Shown here in pieces: positions 36,197 through 46,696 of a DNA stretch of 64,000 nucleotides (within the stretch, counting starts at the first letter, position 1; every line of letters begins with the position of its first letter). The notes beneath the pieces were generated by a model, which was not told the origin of the DNA, made no database searches, and was given only the letters and a program-made list of their open reading frames with translations. A program made the position numbers and the translations under genes. Source of the stretch: an uncultured Actinomycetes bacterium (GTDB lineage Bacteria > Actinomycetota > UBA4738 > HRBIN12); the NCBI GenBank assembly GCA_963704725.1, contig OY969934.1:704001-768000 (forward strand). Direction: 5' to 3'.

Positions 36197-36640
36197 GTGA
36201 ACGGAGGGTATCGTGCCACCGGCCCGCTCCGCGTGTCCCGCTCGATCGTCGTCCCCGAGCGGGAGCTGCGGTGGCGGTTCAGTCGCTCGTCGGGGCCGGG
36301 CGGGCAGTCGGTCAACACGGCCGACTCGCGGGTGGAGCTGCGGCTCGACCTGACCACGACGACCGCGCTCGGCCCGATCCAGCGCGCCCGGGCCCTGCAC
36401 CGGCTGGAGGGTCGCCTCGTCGACGGCGTGCTCTCGGTCACGGCATCCGAGGAGCGTTCGCAGCTGCAGAACCGGGAGGCGGCCCGGGCTCGCCTGGCCG
36501 CGATCCTGGCCGAGGCGGTCGCCCCGCCGCCGCCGAAGCGCCGGCGGACGCGACCGACGCGCGCGGCCGTCGAGCGCCGCCTGCAGGACAAGCGGCGCCG
36601 AGCCCAGACGAAGCGCCTGCGCCGGTCCGAGGACGACTGA
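36197..36640 (+). CDS. arfB: Alternative ribosome rescue peptidyl-tRNA hydrolase ArfB
   Basis: FSRSSGPGGQSVN, RSQ.QNR, basic tail RR.TRPT..RRL..K. Confidence 0.92.
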   Translation: MNGGYRATGPLRVSRSIVVPERELRWRFSRSSGPGGQSVNTADSRVELRLDLTTTTALGPIQRARALHRLEGRLVDGVLSVTASEERSQLQNREAARARLAAILAEAVAPPPPKRRRTRPTRAAVERRLQDKRRRAQTKRLRRSEDD

Positions 36641-36647
36641 AGCTCGC

Positions 36648-39485
36648 TCAGCGCGGCCGCTGGGCCTCGGCCTCGCGGGAGCGGCCCATCCGCCGCTCGG
36701 CCTCGGCCGGGTCGCCACGTCGGGTGGAGACGTCGGCGAGGGCTCGCCACATCCAGCTCCCGAGCTGGCGCTCGCCGAGCTCCTCGGAGATGCGGATCGC
36801 GGTGCGAAGGTCCTGCTCGGCCTCGTCCAGGCTGCCGAGCTCGCGGCGGATCTCGCCGCGCTCGGCCAGCGCGTCGGCGTACTCCCACCTCGCGCCGACG
36901 TCTTCGAAGATGGCGATCCCGCGCTCGAAGCAGGGGAGCGCCTCCTCGTACCGGCCCAGGTCCTCCAGGATGCGGCCTCGCTGCACCGCCGTCACCGCCA
37001 TGCTGAACTGGTCGCCGGCCCGCTCGGCCAGCGCGATGGCCTGGTCGCTCAGGAGGAGGGCCTCCTGGTACTCGCCCATGCTGTCGCGCGTGATCGACAT
37101 CGAGTTGAGCGCGCGGGCCCGGGCCCAGGCGTCCTCGGGATCGGCCTCCTCGAGGGCGCGACGCCAGATCGCCAGCGCGTCCTCCCAGCTCCGGCGCGTC
37201 CACGGCACCCATCCGGCGAACAGCAGCGTGCGGACGATCGCCCACGGGTCGCCGAGCTCCTGCGCCGCGGCCAGCGAACCCGCGAGCAAACGCTCGGCCC
37301 GGTCGAGGTCTCCCTCGACATTGATCGCGATGTCGCCGAGGAAGCGCAGCGCGAGCGCGAGCGTCCACGCGTCGCCCGTGCCGCGCCCCAGCGCGACGGC
37401 GCGATCCAGGACCTCGGTCGCCGCCGGGTACTCGCCGAGCCAGTACCTCGCCTCGCCCATGCCCGCGAGCGCTCGGGCCTCGCGCTTGGCCCATCGCTCC
37501 TCGGGCCCGGCCATCCGGAGCGCCCGCCGGTAGTAGTCGACCGCCGAGCGGCTCTCCATCCGCCGGCGGGCCCGATCGCCGGCGCCGAGGAGCGCGTCCA
37601 CCGCGCGCTCGGGCACCGTCCGGTCCTCCGGATCGAGGTCGAGCGAGGCCAGCGCGGCCTGCTCGAGGTGCTCGGCCGCCCACGTCCGGTGGCCCGACGC
37701 CGTCAGCCGCTCCGAGATGAGCTGGTGGAGCCGGACGCGCTCGCGCTTGGGCAGGCTGGCGTAGGCGACGTCCTTCAGCGTGGCGTGCCGGACCCGCCAC
37801 CGCGGCACGGTCCGGCTCTCCTCCTCGCGCACGAGGACCTCGGCCTCCTCGAGCTGCCGGAGCTCGGCCTCGGTGGCCTGCGGGTCGATCAGGACCAGCT
37901 CGGCGAGGTCGAACGAGACGAAGAACACGGAGGCCCGCCGCGCCACCTCGCGCAGGCGCGGCGCGAGCGCATCGAGGCGGGCGGAGACCACCGCCTGCAC
38001 GGTCGGCGGCAGCGACGTGCGCGGCCCGGTGGTCCCGGGAGCCGAGGGGTCGGGCAGCAGCATCCCCGTCGTCTCGATGATGAAGAACGGGTTGCCGTCG
38101 GCGCGCGCCGCGATCTCGGCGGCCTCGGCGTCCTCTATGCGCCCGCCGCTCGCTTGCCGCACGAGGTCGATGGACTCCTCGGTCGAGAGCGGGTCGAGCC
38201 GGAGCAGCACGGCGTTCGCGGTGCTCGAGCCCCACGCCGGGCGCTCCTCGAGGAGGCCGGGCCGGGCCAGCGCCAGAACCATGGCCCGCCGCTTGCCGCC
38301 GCGGGCGGGCGCGCCGAGGCGTTCGACGAGCCCGAGCATCGGCGCCTTCAGCGTGTGCGCGTCCTCGAAGACCAGCAGGACGGGGCGCTCGCGCGAGACG
38401 CCGTCGACGAGCGCGACGAACCCGGCCTGCACGTCCTGGACGAACGCGGACTCGTCGCGGCGCTCGTCGATCTCGAACAGCAGGAGGAGTCGGTCGGCGA
38501 TCCGCGTGTCGCCGTCCGCGGTGCGCTCGGCGAGCTCGCGGAGCCGTTGCCGGATCTTCTCGGGCGGGTCGCCGTCTTCGATCCCGGCCAGGTCGACCAC
38601 GATCGCGGCCGCCGGCGCGAACGTCTCGGTGTCCGTGTAGGAGCGGGCACGGCCGTGCAGCACGGCGACGTCGTCGCCGAGCCCGGCCACGAGCTCGTCG
38701 GCCAGGCGCGACTTGCCGATGCCCGGCTCTCCGATCACGGTGACGAGTGCGGGTCGCCCGGTGCTCCGGACGCGGGCCAGGCTCTCGCGCAGGATCGTGA
38801 GCTCGCTGGTGCGGCCGACGAACGGGATGGTCCGGCGAGCCGACCGCGCCGTGAGCCCCTGGACCGGGGACGCGACGAGCCCCGCGTCGAAGCCCTTGGC
38901 CGGCACCTCGCGCCGGTCCGCGTACGACACCGAGGCTGCGGTCAGGGCGACGGCGGTCTGCCCGGCCAGCACCTCGCCCGGCAGGGCGGCGGTCTGCAGA
39001 CGGGCCGCGGCGTTCACCACGGTGCCGGTCACGAGGAGCTGGCCGGCCGGCCCGAGCCCCGTGGCCGCCTCGCCGGACTCGATCCCGATCCGGACCTGGA
39101 GCCGCTCGGGCAGGCCGAGTGAGTCGCCGATGCGCCGCACCCGGTCCCGGATGGCCAGGCCGGCCCGGACCGCGCGGAGCGCGTCGTCCTCGTGGACGGT
39201 GGGCAGGCCGAACACCGCCATCACGGCGTCGCCGATGAACTTCTCCGGCCGGCCCCGGAGCGCGAGGAGCTCCTCGGTCGCGACGTCGGAGAACCGGCCG
39301 AGCACCTCGCGTGCGCGCTCGGCATCGAGGCGCTGAGCGAGGCCGGTCGAGTCGACGAGGTCGGCGAACAGGACCGTGACCATCTTCCGCTCGTCGGTGC
39401 CGAGCGGGGTGCCCACGACCGCGCCGCAGTTCGGGCAGAACCGAGCGCCATCCGGGAGCGGCTCGCCGCAGACCGTGCAGCTCAT
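36648..39485 (-). CDS. Zinc ribbon - class III cyclase - AAA ATPase - TPR protein
   Basis: CTVCG..CPNCG, LFADLVDST, KFIGDAVMAVFG.P..HEDD, VN.AARL, GEPGIGKS, GNPFF. Confidence 0.9.
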   Translation of the reverse strand: MSCTVCGEPLPDGARFCPNCGAVVGTPLGTDERKMVTVLFADLVDSTGLAQRLDAERAREVLGRFSDVATEELLALRGRPEKFIGDAVMAVFGLPTVHEDDALRAVRAGLAIRDRVRRIGDSLGLPERLQVRIGIESGEAATGLGPAGQLLVTGTVVNAAARLQTAALPGEVLAGQTAVALTAASVSYADRREVPAKGFDAGLVASPVQGLTARSARRTIPFVGRTSELTILRESLARVRSTGRPALVTVIGEPGIGKSRLADELVAGLGDDVAVLHGRARSYTDTETFAPAAAIVVDLAGIEDGDPPEKIRQRLRELAERTADGDTRIADRLLLLFEIDERRDESAFVQDVQAGFVALVDGVSRERPVLLVFEDAHTLKAPMLGLVERLGAPARGGKRRAMVLALARPGLLEERPAWGSSTANAVLLRLDPLSTEESIDLVRQASGGRIEDAEAAEIAARADGNPFFIIETTGMLLPDPSAPGTTGPRTSLPPTVQAVVSARLDALAPRLREVARRASVFFVSFDLAELVLIDPQATEAELRQLEEAEVLVREEESRTVPRWRVRHATLKDVAYASLPKRERVRLHQLISERLTASGHRTWAAEHLEQAALASLDLDPEDRTVPERAVDALLGAGDRARRRMESRSAVDYYRRALRMAGPEERWAKREARALAGMGEARYWLGEYPAATEVLDRAVALGRGTGDAWTLALALRFLGDIAINVEGDLDRAERLLAGSLAAAQELGDPWAIVRTLLFAGWVPWTRRSWEDALAIWRRALEEADPEDAWARARALNSMSITRDSMGEYQEALLLSDQAIALAERAGDQFSMAVTAVQRGRILEDLGRYEEALPCFERGIAIFEDVGARWEYADALAERGEIRRELGSLDEAEQDLRTAIRISEELGERQLGSWMWRALADVSTRRGDPAEAERRMGRSREAEAQRPR

Positions 39486-39549
39486 CTCGAGCAGGATAGG
39501 CGGCGGGAACGACGCGGGACCTCAGCGCGTGCGGGCCGGCCGTGAAGGG

Positions 39550-40464
39550 CTACGGCTCGCGGCCCAGGCGCCCGCTCCACCACAGCGCGCCCGAACCCAC
39601 GACGAGGAGGAGCGCCACCGCCACCATCTGGAGCACGACGCGTCCGCTGCTGCCCGTGAAGGCGGTGCCGCCCGGAGGATTGGTGATCGTTGCCCCCTCG
39701 ACCGCGGGGCTCGAGGTCGAGGGCGTGACGGTCGTCCCCTCCACCGACGGGCTGTCCGAGGGCGAGGGGCTCGGCGAGGGCGAGGGGCTCGGCGAGGGCG
39801 AGGGGCTCGGCGAGGGGCTCGGGCTCGGCGAGGGCGACGGGCTGGGCGAGGGTGACGGGCTCGGGCTGGGACTCGGTGAAGGGCTCGGACTGGGACTCGG
39901 TGAAGGGCTCGGACTGGGACTCGGTGAAGGTGATGGGCTCGGGCTCGGCGAGGGTGACGGGCTCGGGCTCGGCGAAGGTGACGGGCTCGGGCTGGGGCTC
40001 GGGCCGCAGGGCTGTCCGCCGAGCTGCCACGCCACCAGCTCGTGGAACCGCGGGATGCCCTGCGCGTCGAGGGTGCCGAAGTCGATGCCTTTGGCCAGGT
40101 CGGTCTGCCAGATGCACGGCGGCAGCGACACCGTGAGCGTGTAGGTCCCCGGCTCGGTCGTCGACAGGGTGGCCGAGTCGAAGAGCGTCTCGGGTCCCGC
40201 CGTCGGCGGCGTCAGTCCCTGTGCCACCCAGCTCGTGACCGTGAACTCGACCGGATCGCAGGTCGGCAGCCCGTTCTCGGTGACGATCACGACCGTGCCC
40301 ACGCCCCCGCTCAGGCTCTGGGTCACGTCGGGGTGGTTGTCGCACGTTCCGGGGGGAGGCGCGGCCGCGGAGGGCGTAGGCGAGAGCACCCAGGCGATGG
40401 CGGGGGCGAGAACGATCGCCGCGGCGAGGGCAAGCGCGCCCGATCTCGATCGCTTCGCCTTCAC
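39550..40464 (-). CDS. Secreted surface protein with long (Pro-Ser)n stalk and sortase-like C-terminus
   Basis: Signal peptide, Cys-containing domain, about 40 PS dipeptides, TAFTG + TM + basic tail. Confidence 0.75.
   Translation of the reverse strand: MKAKRSRSGALALAAAIVLAPAIAWVLSPTPSAAAPPPGTCDNHPDVTQSLSGGVGTVVIVTENGLPTCDPVEFTVTSWVAQGLTPPTAGPETLFDSATLSTTEPGTYTLTVSLPPCIWQTDLAKGIDFGTLDAQGIPRFHELVAWQLGGQPCGPSPSPSPSPSPSPSPSPSPSPSPSPSPSPSPSPSPSPSPSPSPSPSPSPSPSPSPSPSPSPSPSPSPSPSPSPSPSPSPSPSDSPSVEGTTVTPSTSSPAVEGATITNPPGGTAFTGSSGRVVLQMVAVALLLVVGSGALWWSGRLGREP
39757..40003. repeat. Degenerate hexamer tandem repeat encoding (PS)n
   Basis: GGCGAG/GGGCTC/GGTGAC-type units. Confidence 0.85.
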
Positions 40465-40599
40465 CGCGCGACTCTACCCCGATGCCCCCGAGCGAAACGA
40501 GCGCGGGGAGGAAATCGGTGTTCGCGCTCCGTGCAACGGTAACGGATCGCCCCCGCCGAGCGGTCTCATGGACAACGAGGCGATGAGGAGGAGTGTGTC

Positions 40600-41445
40600 G
40601 TGAAGACTTCAGCGTGGATCCGCGGGATCGCCGTGGCCGTCGTCGGTGGGAGCCTGGTGCTGGCGGCAGCCGCGCCCGCGCTCGCCGACCCCGCCGCGGA
40701 CCTGTCGGTCACCAAGACGGGAGCCGCCGACGCGGTGGCCGGGGCCAACCTCACGTACACGATCTCGGTCTCGAACGCCGGACCGGATGCCGCGACGAGC
40801 GCCTCGCTCTCGGATCCGCTGCCCGCGGGCACGACGTTCGTCTCGCTGGCGGTCGCGGCCGGCTGGACGTGCACGACGCCGGCGGTCGGGGCCACGGGCA
40901 CCGTCTCCTGCACGAACCCCTCGGTGGCCATGGCGTCGAGCGACGTGTTCACCCTCGTCGTGAACGTGGCCGCCGACACCGCGGACGCGACGAGCATCGC
41001 CAACACCGCCACCGTCACGTCGGCGACGGCCGACGCGAACACCGTGAACAACGCGGCCACCGCGACCGCCACGGTGGGGCTGGCGCTCGACCTCTGCACG
41101 ATCACGGGCACCAACCGGTCGGACACGCTCACCGGCACGGCGGGCGACGACGTCATCTGCGGAGGGAACGGCAAGGACACGATCGACGGGGCCGCCGGGA
41201 ACGACGTCATCGTCGGCGGCAACGGGAAGGACGTGCTCACCGGCGGCGACGGCAACGACACGGTGATGGGCCGCAACGGGAAGGACGAGGTCACCGGCGG
41301 AGCCGGGCTCGACGTGCTGTCGGGCGGCAACGGACGCGACACCCTGAACGCTCAGGACGCCGCGGCCGGCGATGTCGTCGACGGAGGCCCCGGGCGTGAC
41401 GACTGCCTCTCCGACGCGGGCGATACCGTGACCAACTGCCCGTAG
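40600..41445 (+). CDS. Secreted DUF11 domain + RTX-like Ca-binding repeat protein
   Basis: [30 protein letters not shown] nonapeptides. Confidence 0.85.
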   Translation: MKTSAWIRGIAVAVVGGSLVLAAAAPALADPAADLSVTKTGAADAVAGANLTYTISVSNAGPDAATSASLSDPLPAGTTFVSLAVAAGWTCTTPAVGATGTVSCTNPSVAMASSDVFTLVVNVAADTADATSIANTATVTSATADANTVNNAATATATVGLALDLCTITGTNRSDTLTGTAGDDVICGGNGKDTIDGAAGNDVIVGGNGKDVLTGGDGNDTVMGRNGKDEVTGGAGLDVLSGGNGRDTLNAQDAAAGDVVDGGPGRDDCLSDAGDTVTNCP

Positions 41446-41465
41446 CGGCAGAACCGGTGGGCGAC

Positions 41466-41504
41466 GGCCCGCCGTCGGGCAGCCCCCCTGCCCGGCGGCG
41501 GGCC
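41466..41504. terminator. Hairpin between convergent genes
   Basis: GGCCCGCCGTCGGGCAG-ccccc-CTGCCCGGCGGCGGGCC, 17-bp stem. Confidence 0.65.
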
Positions 41505-41508
41505 TTCC

Positions 41509-42309
41509 TCAGTCCGAGGGTCCGTGCTCCTGCCCGGGAGGGGGGCCGTTCGTCTGCCCGGGTGGCTCGTTCTGCTGGCCTGGTGGCTCGTTCGTCTGCC
41601 CGGGCGGCTCGTTCGTCTGCCCGGGTGGCTCGTTCTGCTGGCCTGGTGGCTCGTTCGTCTGCCCGGGCGGCTCGTTCGTCTGCCCCGGAGGCTCGTTGCC
41701 TTGCCCCGGAGGCGCGTTGGCTTGACCGGGCGGCGTCCCGTGGTCGTGCCCGGGGAGCGATCCCTCGCCGTGACTCCGCGGTGCATGCCGCGGGCCGTGG
41801 GGCGCGGACCGGCCGGCGCTCTCGACCGGCGTCGTCGAGGCCTCGGACGGATCGGTGATCACGGGAACGCCCACCGCCGGGCGATCGGTGCCGGTGGGGC
41901 GATCTCCCGTCGAGGAGCCGGGCTCGGAGGGAACCGTGATGCCGACCTTGGAGAGCACGTCCGCGACGAGCCGCTGGGCCGGAGCGGGCAGGACGCCCGC
42001 CGCCGCCAGGCCGGAGGTGGCGAGCATCGTGCCGACCACGACGAGACCGGCCACCCTCATCCGGGCCGGGACCGATCGGCGACCGCGCGCGGGGGGCGGC
42101 CCCGTGGCGAGCGCGTCCAGCGCCGCGATCACCGCCTCGTCCTCGCGCCGGAGCTCGGCGGCCGTGGGTGGCGCCTTGACGGCGAGGATCGTCCGGGCGA
42201 CGTGCGAGTAGCCGGGAGGCGCGTCGTCGGGCTCGATGCGCCCGCCGAGCATCCGGTCGGCGGTCTCCCGATCGAGCCGCATCGTGACGGGGCCTCCGGA
42301 GGCGCTCAT
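41509..42309 (-). CDS. Putative membrane anti-sigma partner with NEPPGQ repeats
   Basis: Overlaps the ECF gene; TM helix, LAAAG.LP.P.Q, repeat tail. Confidence 0.65.
   Translation of the reverse strand: MSASGGPVTMRLDRETADRMLGGRIEPDDAPPGYSHVARTILAVKAPPTAAELRREDEAVIAALDALATGPPPARGRRSVPARMRVAGLVVVGTMLATSGLAAAGVLPAPAQRLVADVLSKVGITVPSEPGSSTGDRPTGTDRPAVGVPVITDPSEASTTPVESAGRSAPHGPRHAPRSHGEGSLPGHDHGTPPGQANAPPGQGNEPPGQTNEPPGQTNEPPGQQNEPPGQTNEPPGQTNEPPGQQNEPPGQTNGPPPGQEHGPSD
41548..41730. repeat. 21-bp coding tandem repeat with an exact 63-bp duplication
   Basis: (T/Q)NEPPGQ units; 41548-41610 is identical to 41611-41673. Confidence 0.85.
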
Positions 42310-42863
42310 TCCACCACCGCCGCGGTCGAGACGCGCTCCGCGAGTCGGCGGAGGGCGCGATGTTGCAGGACGCGCACGGTTCCGGGGCGCCGGTCCATGA
42401 TCGCGGCGACGTCCCGGACGCTCAGGTCGCCCAGGACGCGCAGCAGGATGACCTCGGCCTGGTCGCGGGTGAGCGTGGCGATCTGGGCCAGGGCCGCCTC
42501 GGTACCGAGCTCCGCCAGGGCCTCGTCCTCCACGTCGCGGGTCTGGCCGTGGAGCTCGAGCTCCTCCTGGCTCGTGGCGACCGTGGCCCGCCGGGCGCGG
42601 CGTCGTCGCAGGTCGGTCATCCGGCTCCGGGCGATCGTGAACGCCCACGCCCGCAGCCCTCGTTCGTCCCCCACGAACCGGTCGAGGCTCGTGATGACGC
42701 CGACCCACACCTCGGACGCGAGGTCCTCGGCCTCCGCCGGCTCGAACGCGCGAAGGTAGCGAAGGATCGGCGGGTGCAGGCGCCGGTACAGCTCCGCCAG
42801 CGCGAGGCGATCGCCGCCCGAGGCCTCGGCGATCGTGCCGTCGGATCGTTCTCGAATGGCCAT
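42306..42863 (-). CDS. ECF sigma-70 factor (start uncertain)
   Basis: [20 protein letters not shown]...Q.EVI.LR...[16 protein letters not shown]. Confidence 0.9.
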   Translation of the reverse strand: MAIRERSDGTIAEASGGDRLALAELYRRLHPPILRYLRAFEPAEAEDLASEVWVGVITSLDRFVGDERGLRAWAFTIARSRMTDLRRRRARRATVATSQEELELHGQTRDVEDEALAELGTEAALAQIATLTRDQAEVILLRVLGDLSVRDVAAIMDRRPGTVRVLQHRALRRLAERVSTAAVVE

Positions 42864-42978
42864 CGACCGATCAGCGTTCCCCATCGCGGGCGCCCCGTCC
42901 AGACGGCGAACGGGCGACGGCCGCGAGGCGGCCGCCCCACGACCTTCGTCGGGCGGTCTCGGTATCCTCCGTACCCAG

Positions 42979-43197
42979 ATGGCGACGTACGAGTACCTCT
43001 GCCTCGCCTGCGAGCACCGGTTCGAGGAGCGGCGGGCCATGGGCGCGTCGGTCGACGTCGCGCTGGCCTGTCCATCGTGCGGCGGCGACCGGGTGCGCCG
43101 GCAGTTCTCCTTCCTGGCCGGCGCCGGCTCGTCGGACGCCGGGTCGTCTCCGGCGGGTGGTTGTGGGTGCGGGGGCGCCTGCGCCTGCGGGCGGTGA
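42979..43197 (+). CDS. FmdB-family zinc-ribbon protein
   Basis: MATYEYLCLACEHRFE, CPSCG, CGCGGACAC. Confidence 0.85.
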   Translation: MATYEYLCLACEHRFEERRAMGASVDVALACPSCGGDRVRRQFSFLAGAGSSDAGSSPAGGCGCGGACACGR

Positions 43198-43203
43198 CCC
43201 CGG

Positions 43204-44706
43204 CTACCCCGGGCTCGAGAGCGAAGGCAAGAACCGGGGCGGGGCCCGGTGGCGCGTCGCCCCCTCGAAGTCGAAGGCGAACCCGATCAGCGCCGCCTCG
43301 CTCCACGCGGGTCCGATGAACGAGATCCCCACCGGCAGCTCCGAGACCGATCCCATCGGCACCGTGACGGTCGGGTAGCCGGCGACCGCGGCCGGCGTGG
43401 AGTTCCCTCCGATGTAGTGGTCGCCGTTCAGGTGGTCGGTGAGCCAGGCCGGCGCGCCCGTCGGCGCCACGAGCGCGTCGAGCCGGTGCTCCGCCAGCAC
43501 GGCGTCGAGCCCCTCCTCGCGCGAGAGGCGCCGGCACGCGGCGAGCGCCTCCAGGTAGGCGGGCTCGGTGAGCGGACCCTTCTCGACGGCCCGCTCGAAC
43601 AGCTCCTGACCGAACACCGCGAGCTCGACGTCCGCGTGGGCCCGGTTGAAGGCGATGAGCTCGGCGAGCGACCGCGGCGCCTGCCCGCCGAGCTCTCGGA
43701 GGTACGCGTCGAGATCCGCCTTGAACTCGAACAGGAGCACCTCGAGCTCGGGGTCCTCCAGGTCGGAGGCGTGCGGGACGTCGGCGGGGTCCACGATCTC
43801 GGCGCCGAGCGACCGCATCGCCACGACCGCGTCCTCGAACAGCGCGTCGACGCGGTCGTGGAAGCCGGCCATGTTCCGCGCCACGCCGATCCGAGCGCCG
43901 CGGAGCCGGCCGGTCTCGAGCGCGGCGAGGAGCTCGAGGGCCGGGGCCCCGGCCGTGGCGGCGTCGCGGGGGTCGGGGCCGGCCAGGGCGCGCAGGAGGG
44001 CGGCCGCGTCGGCCACGGTGCGGGCCATCGGTCCCGGCGTGTCCTGCGTGTGCGAGATCGGCACCACGCCGGCGCGGCTCACCAGGCCGACCGTGGGCTT
44101 GATCCCCACGATGCCGTTCACGCTCGAGGGGCACACGATCGAGCCGTCGGTCTCGGTGCCGATCGCCGCCGCGCACAGGTTCGCGGACGCCGCCACCCCC
44201 GAGCCCGAGCTCGACCCGCACGGGCTGCGATCGAGCGCGTACGGGTTGTGGGTCTGGCCGCCCCGCGCGCTCCATCCGCTGGACGAGCGCGTCGAGCGGA
44301 AGTTGGCCCACTCCGAGAGGTTGGTCTTGCCCAGGAGCACGGCGCCGGCCTCGCGCACCCGCTCGATCACGGTCGCGTCCCGGTCCGGCCGGGCTCCCTC
44401 GAGCGCGAGGGAGCCGGCGGTCGTCCGCATCGCGTCCGCGGTGTCGAGGTTGTCCTTCACCAGCACGGGGACGCCGTGCAACGGTCCTCGAACGCGCCCG
44501 GCCCGCCGCTCGGCGTCCAGGGCGTCGGCGATACCCCGGACGTCGGGGTTGACCTCGACGACCGAGCGCAGCGCGCCGTCGATCGCCTCGATCCGCGCCA
44601 GGTAGGTCTCGGCGAGGGCGCGGGCGCTCAGCTCGCCCGAGTCGAGCCGGACGCCGAGCTCGGCGATCGTGACCTCGTCGAGATCCCCCGGCGCGAGCGG
44701 ATCCAT
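43204..44706 (-). CDS. Amidase signature family enzyme
   Basis: GPLHGVPVLVKDN, GKTNLSEWA, GSSSGS, GTETDGSI, GIKPT. Confidence 0.92.
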   Translation of the reverse strand: MDPLAPGDLDEVTIAELGVRLDSGELSARALAETYLARIEAIDGALRSVVEVNPDVRGIADALDAERRAGRVRGPLHGVPVLVKDNLDTADAMRTTAGSLALEGARPDRDATVIERVREAGAVLLGKTNLSEWANFRSTRSSSGWSARGGQTHNPYALDRSPCGSSSGSGVAASANLCAAAIGTETDGSIVCPSSVNGIVGIKPTVGLVSRAGVVPISHTQDTPGPMARTVADAAALLRALAGPDPRDAATAGAPALELLAALETGRLRGARIGVARNMAGFHDRVDALFEDAVVAMRSLGAEIVDPADVPHASDLEDPELEVLLFEFKADLDAYLRELGGQAPRSLAELIAFNRAHADVELAVFGQELFERAVEKGPLTEPAYLEALAACRRLSREEGLDAVLAEHRLDALVAPTGAPAWLTDHLNGDHYIGGNSTPAAVAGYPTVTVPMGSVSELPVGISFIGPAWSEAALIGFAFDFEGATRHRAPPRFLPSLSSPG

Positions 44707-44734
44707 CGCCGCACCCTACCCGAGCGATCCGGGG

Positions 44735-45673
44735 CTACGCCCGCCGGACGACGAGGTGGTCGTCGCGCCAGCGGAGCTCGAGATCGACCACCTCGCCTGC
44801 GGTTCCGGTCGGCACGACCTCGCCGTTCACCCGAAGGACGACCCCGCCGGCGTTGCCGAGCGTCAGCGTGAGGAGCCGGTCGGCGCGGTAGATGACGGGC
44901 TCGCCCGGCTGCAGCGTGGCCGCCGCGAGCACCTCGCCGTCGCCGATGGCCTGAACCCAGCTGGGCTCGCGGAGCCGCAGGACGGCGCGAACGCCGTTCG
45001 GCGTCCGCGGCGGCGCGACCTCGTCCACGGCCGGGCTGGGGCTCGAGCTCGGCGCGGCGCGGTCCGCGCCGGCCGGCACCCCCGGGCCGCGGTTCGGTTC
45101 CGCGCTCGGCGGGAGCAGCGCGAGGACCGCGAGCAGCGCGGTCGACAGGAGGGCCATGACGACGGCGACCAGCCGGTGCCGCCTCCGGTCGTCGGGGATC
45201 GGCTCGAGATCGGGCTCCTCGACGGGGCGGTGGCGCTCGTCGAACTCGTGGAGCAGCGGATCGGGGTCCAGTCGGAGGAACTCGGCGTACTCGCGGAGGA
45301 AGAATCGCGCATACGCGGGCGCCGGGAACGCCTCGAGCGGCGCGCCGCTCTCGAGGGCCGCGAGGTGATGGGGGGAGATCTTCGTCCCCACCGACGCCTC
45401 GACCAGGGACCGTCCCTCGGCCTCACGGGCGCGCCGGAGGACGTCGTGGGGGTCGTGGCCGTGAGGTTCGACGGCCGGCTCCGGTCTCGGGTCGTCGCCG
45501 ACCTCGGGCTCCCACTGGTAGGCGCACGACCGGCAGAGCCAGTGGGGGGCTCCGCCGGGGGCCTCGACCGGCGCCCGGCCGTCCCGCAGCACGAGGACGC
45601 GTTCGGACGGGGCCTCGGACGGCGCAGCGACGAGCAGGTCCGAGCCGCAGCGCGGGCACTCGGGTCTCGGCAT
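44735..45673 (-). CDS. RodZ-like protein (HTH-TM-DUF4115) with N-terminal zinc ribbon
   Basis: CPRCG..WLCRSC; LRRARE..SL....TKI...L.ALE, Y.RFFLREYA.FL; LGNAGGV.L.VNG. Confidence 0.8.
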   Translation of the reverse strand: MPRPECPRCGSDLLVAAPSEAPSERVLVLRDGRAPVEAPGGAPHWLCRSCAYQWEPEVGDDPRPEPAVEPHGHDPHDVLRRAREAEGRSLVEASVGTKISPHHLAALESGAPLEAFPAPAYARFFLREYAEFLRLDPDPLLHEFDERHRPVEEPDLEPIPDDRRRHRLVAVVMALLSTALLAVLALLPPSAEPNRGPGVPAGADRAAPSSSPSPAVDEVAPPRTPNGVRAVLRLREPSWVQAIGDGEVLAAATLQPGEPVIYRADRLLTLTLGNAGGVVLRVNGEVVPTGTAGEVVDLELRWRDDHLVVRRA

Positions 45674-45917
45674 CGCAGCCCTCGCGAAACACGGCAGCGC
45701 ACGGCGGATGCCCGGGCACGAGGCGCGTCCACGGGGCGCGCTCACGCCCGTTCACATCGATCGCACGACTACCCCGGCCATGGGGACGTTCGGGCACGAC
45801 GCTAGCCATGACGCTCGCGCTGCGTCAAGGGGGTGAGCGAGGGACGGGGCGTGTCGCTTCGATGGAGACGCGGCGCGGGCGGCGGGAGTGCACCTCGAGC
45901 CCCGGTAGCCTGGGGCG

Positions 45918-46364
45918 ATGACCGTGCGCACCGAGCACCTGGATGCCGCGCCGAGCCGGTGGGAGACGCCGTGGATCGACGCCGCGATCTGGGCCGCCGC
46001 GCTCGGCGCCACCGCGCTCACGCTGTGGTACTCGCTCGGCTCGGTGCCGCCCGCCCACGGCTCCGACAAGGACCTGCACGCCCTGGCGTACTTCGTCGAC
46101 ACGCTCGCCGTGCTGCTCGCGGTGGTGTGGCGGCCCGGACGGCGGGCGGGGCGACTCGACGGGTGGGGGCCGGTGGTGGTGGTCGGGATCCTCGCCCTGG
46201 GGGGCCTGATCGAGCTGGCGCAGGGCGGGTTTGCGCAACGGGACGCCCAGCTCAGCGACTGGTTCGCCGACGCCGTGGGCATCGGGGCGGCATGGCTCCT
46301 GTTCGGATCGCTGCGGTGGATCACGCGCGAGCACGCTGCGCGGCATCGGTCCGGCGCTCGCTGA
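45918..46364 (+). CDS. VanZ-like membrane protein
   Basis: DK.LH..AY, IELAQ...R.A...DW.AD..G. Confidence 0.7.
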   Translation: MTVRTEHLDAAPSRWETPWIDAAIWAAALGATALTLWYSLGSVPPAHGSDKDLHALAYFVDTLAVLLAVVWRPGRRAGRLDGWGPVVVVGILALGGLIELAQGGFAQRDAQLSDWFADAVGIGAAWLLFGSLRWITREHAARHRSGAR

Positions 46365-46406
46365 CGTCCTGTTCGAGCGCTAGGATCGGCGTTCCGGTAT
46401 CCTGAT

Positions 46407-46598
46407 GTGGTGGTGTCCTTCTACCGGACCGCGCTCGGCAAGACGCTCCGGATCCAGGAGTCCGAGGACGGCATGCTCCGGGTCGAAGTGCTGAAGGACG
46501 GCGCCTGGACCAGCGCCCCGATCGGCATGATCGGGTTGCGCCTGGCGCCGACCACCAAGCGCCTCACCCCGACCCAGGTCCGCGCCCTCCCCGACTGA
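46407..46598 (+). CDS. Small hypothetical protein
   Basis: 63-aa ORF with host-like GC3; TATCCT -10-like element just upstream. Confidence 0.55.
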   Translation: MVVSFYRTALGKTLRIQESEDGMLRVEVLKDGAWTSAPIGMIGLRLAPTTKRLTPTQVRALPD

Positions 46599-46696
46599 GA
46601 CCCCCCGTCGCCTCGGTGCGACGAACATGGTCGGGTTCCGTTGTGTTTGTGCGACCGCTCTTGAGTCTCCGCCGGCGTGCGCGGGACGATCGCGCC

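Noticed and set aside
39542-40144. Plus-strand GEGLG-repeat ORF
   Set aside because: Antisense shadow of the (PS)n gene, which has a signal peptide and anchor
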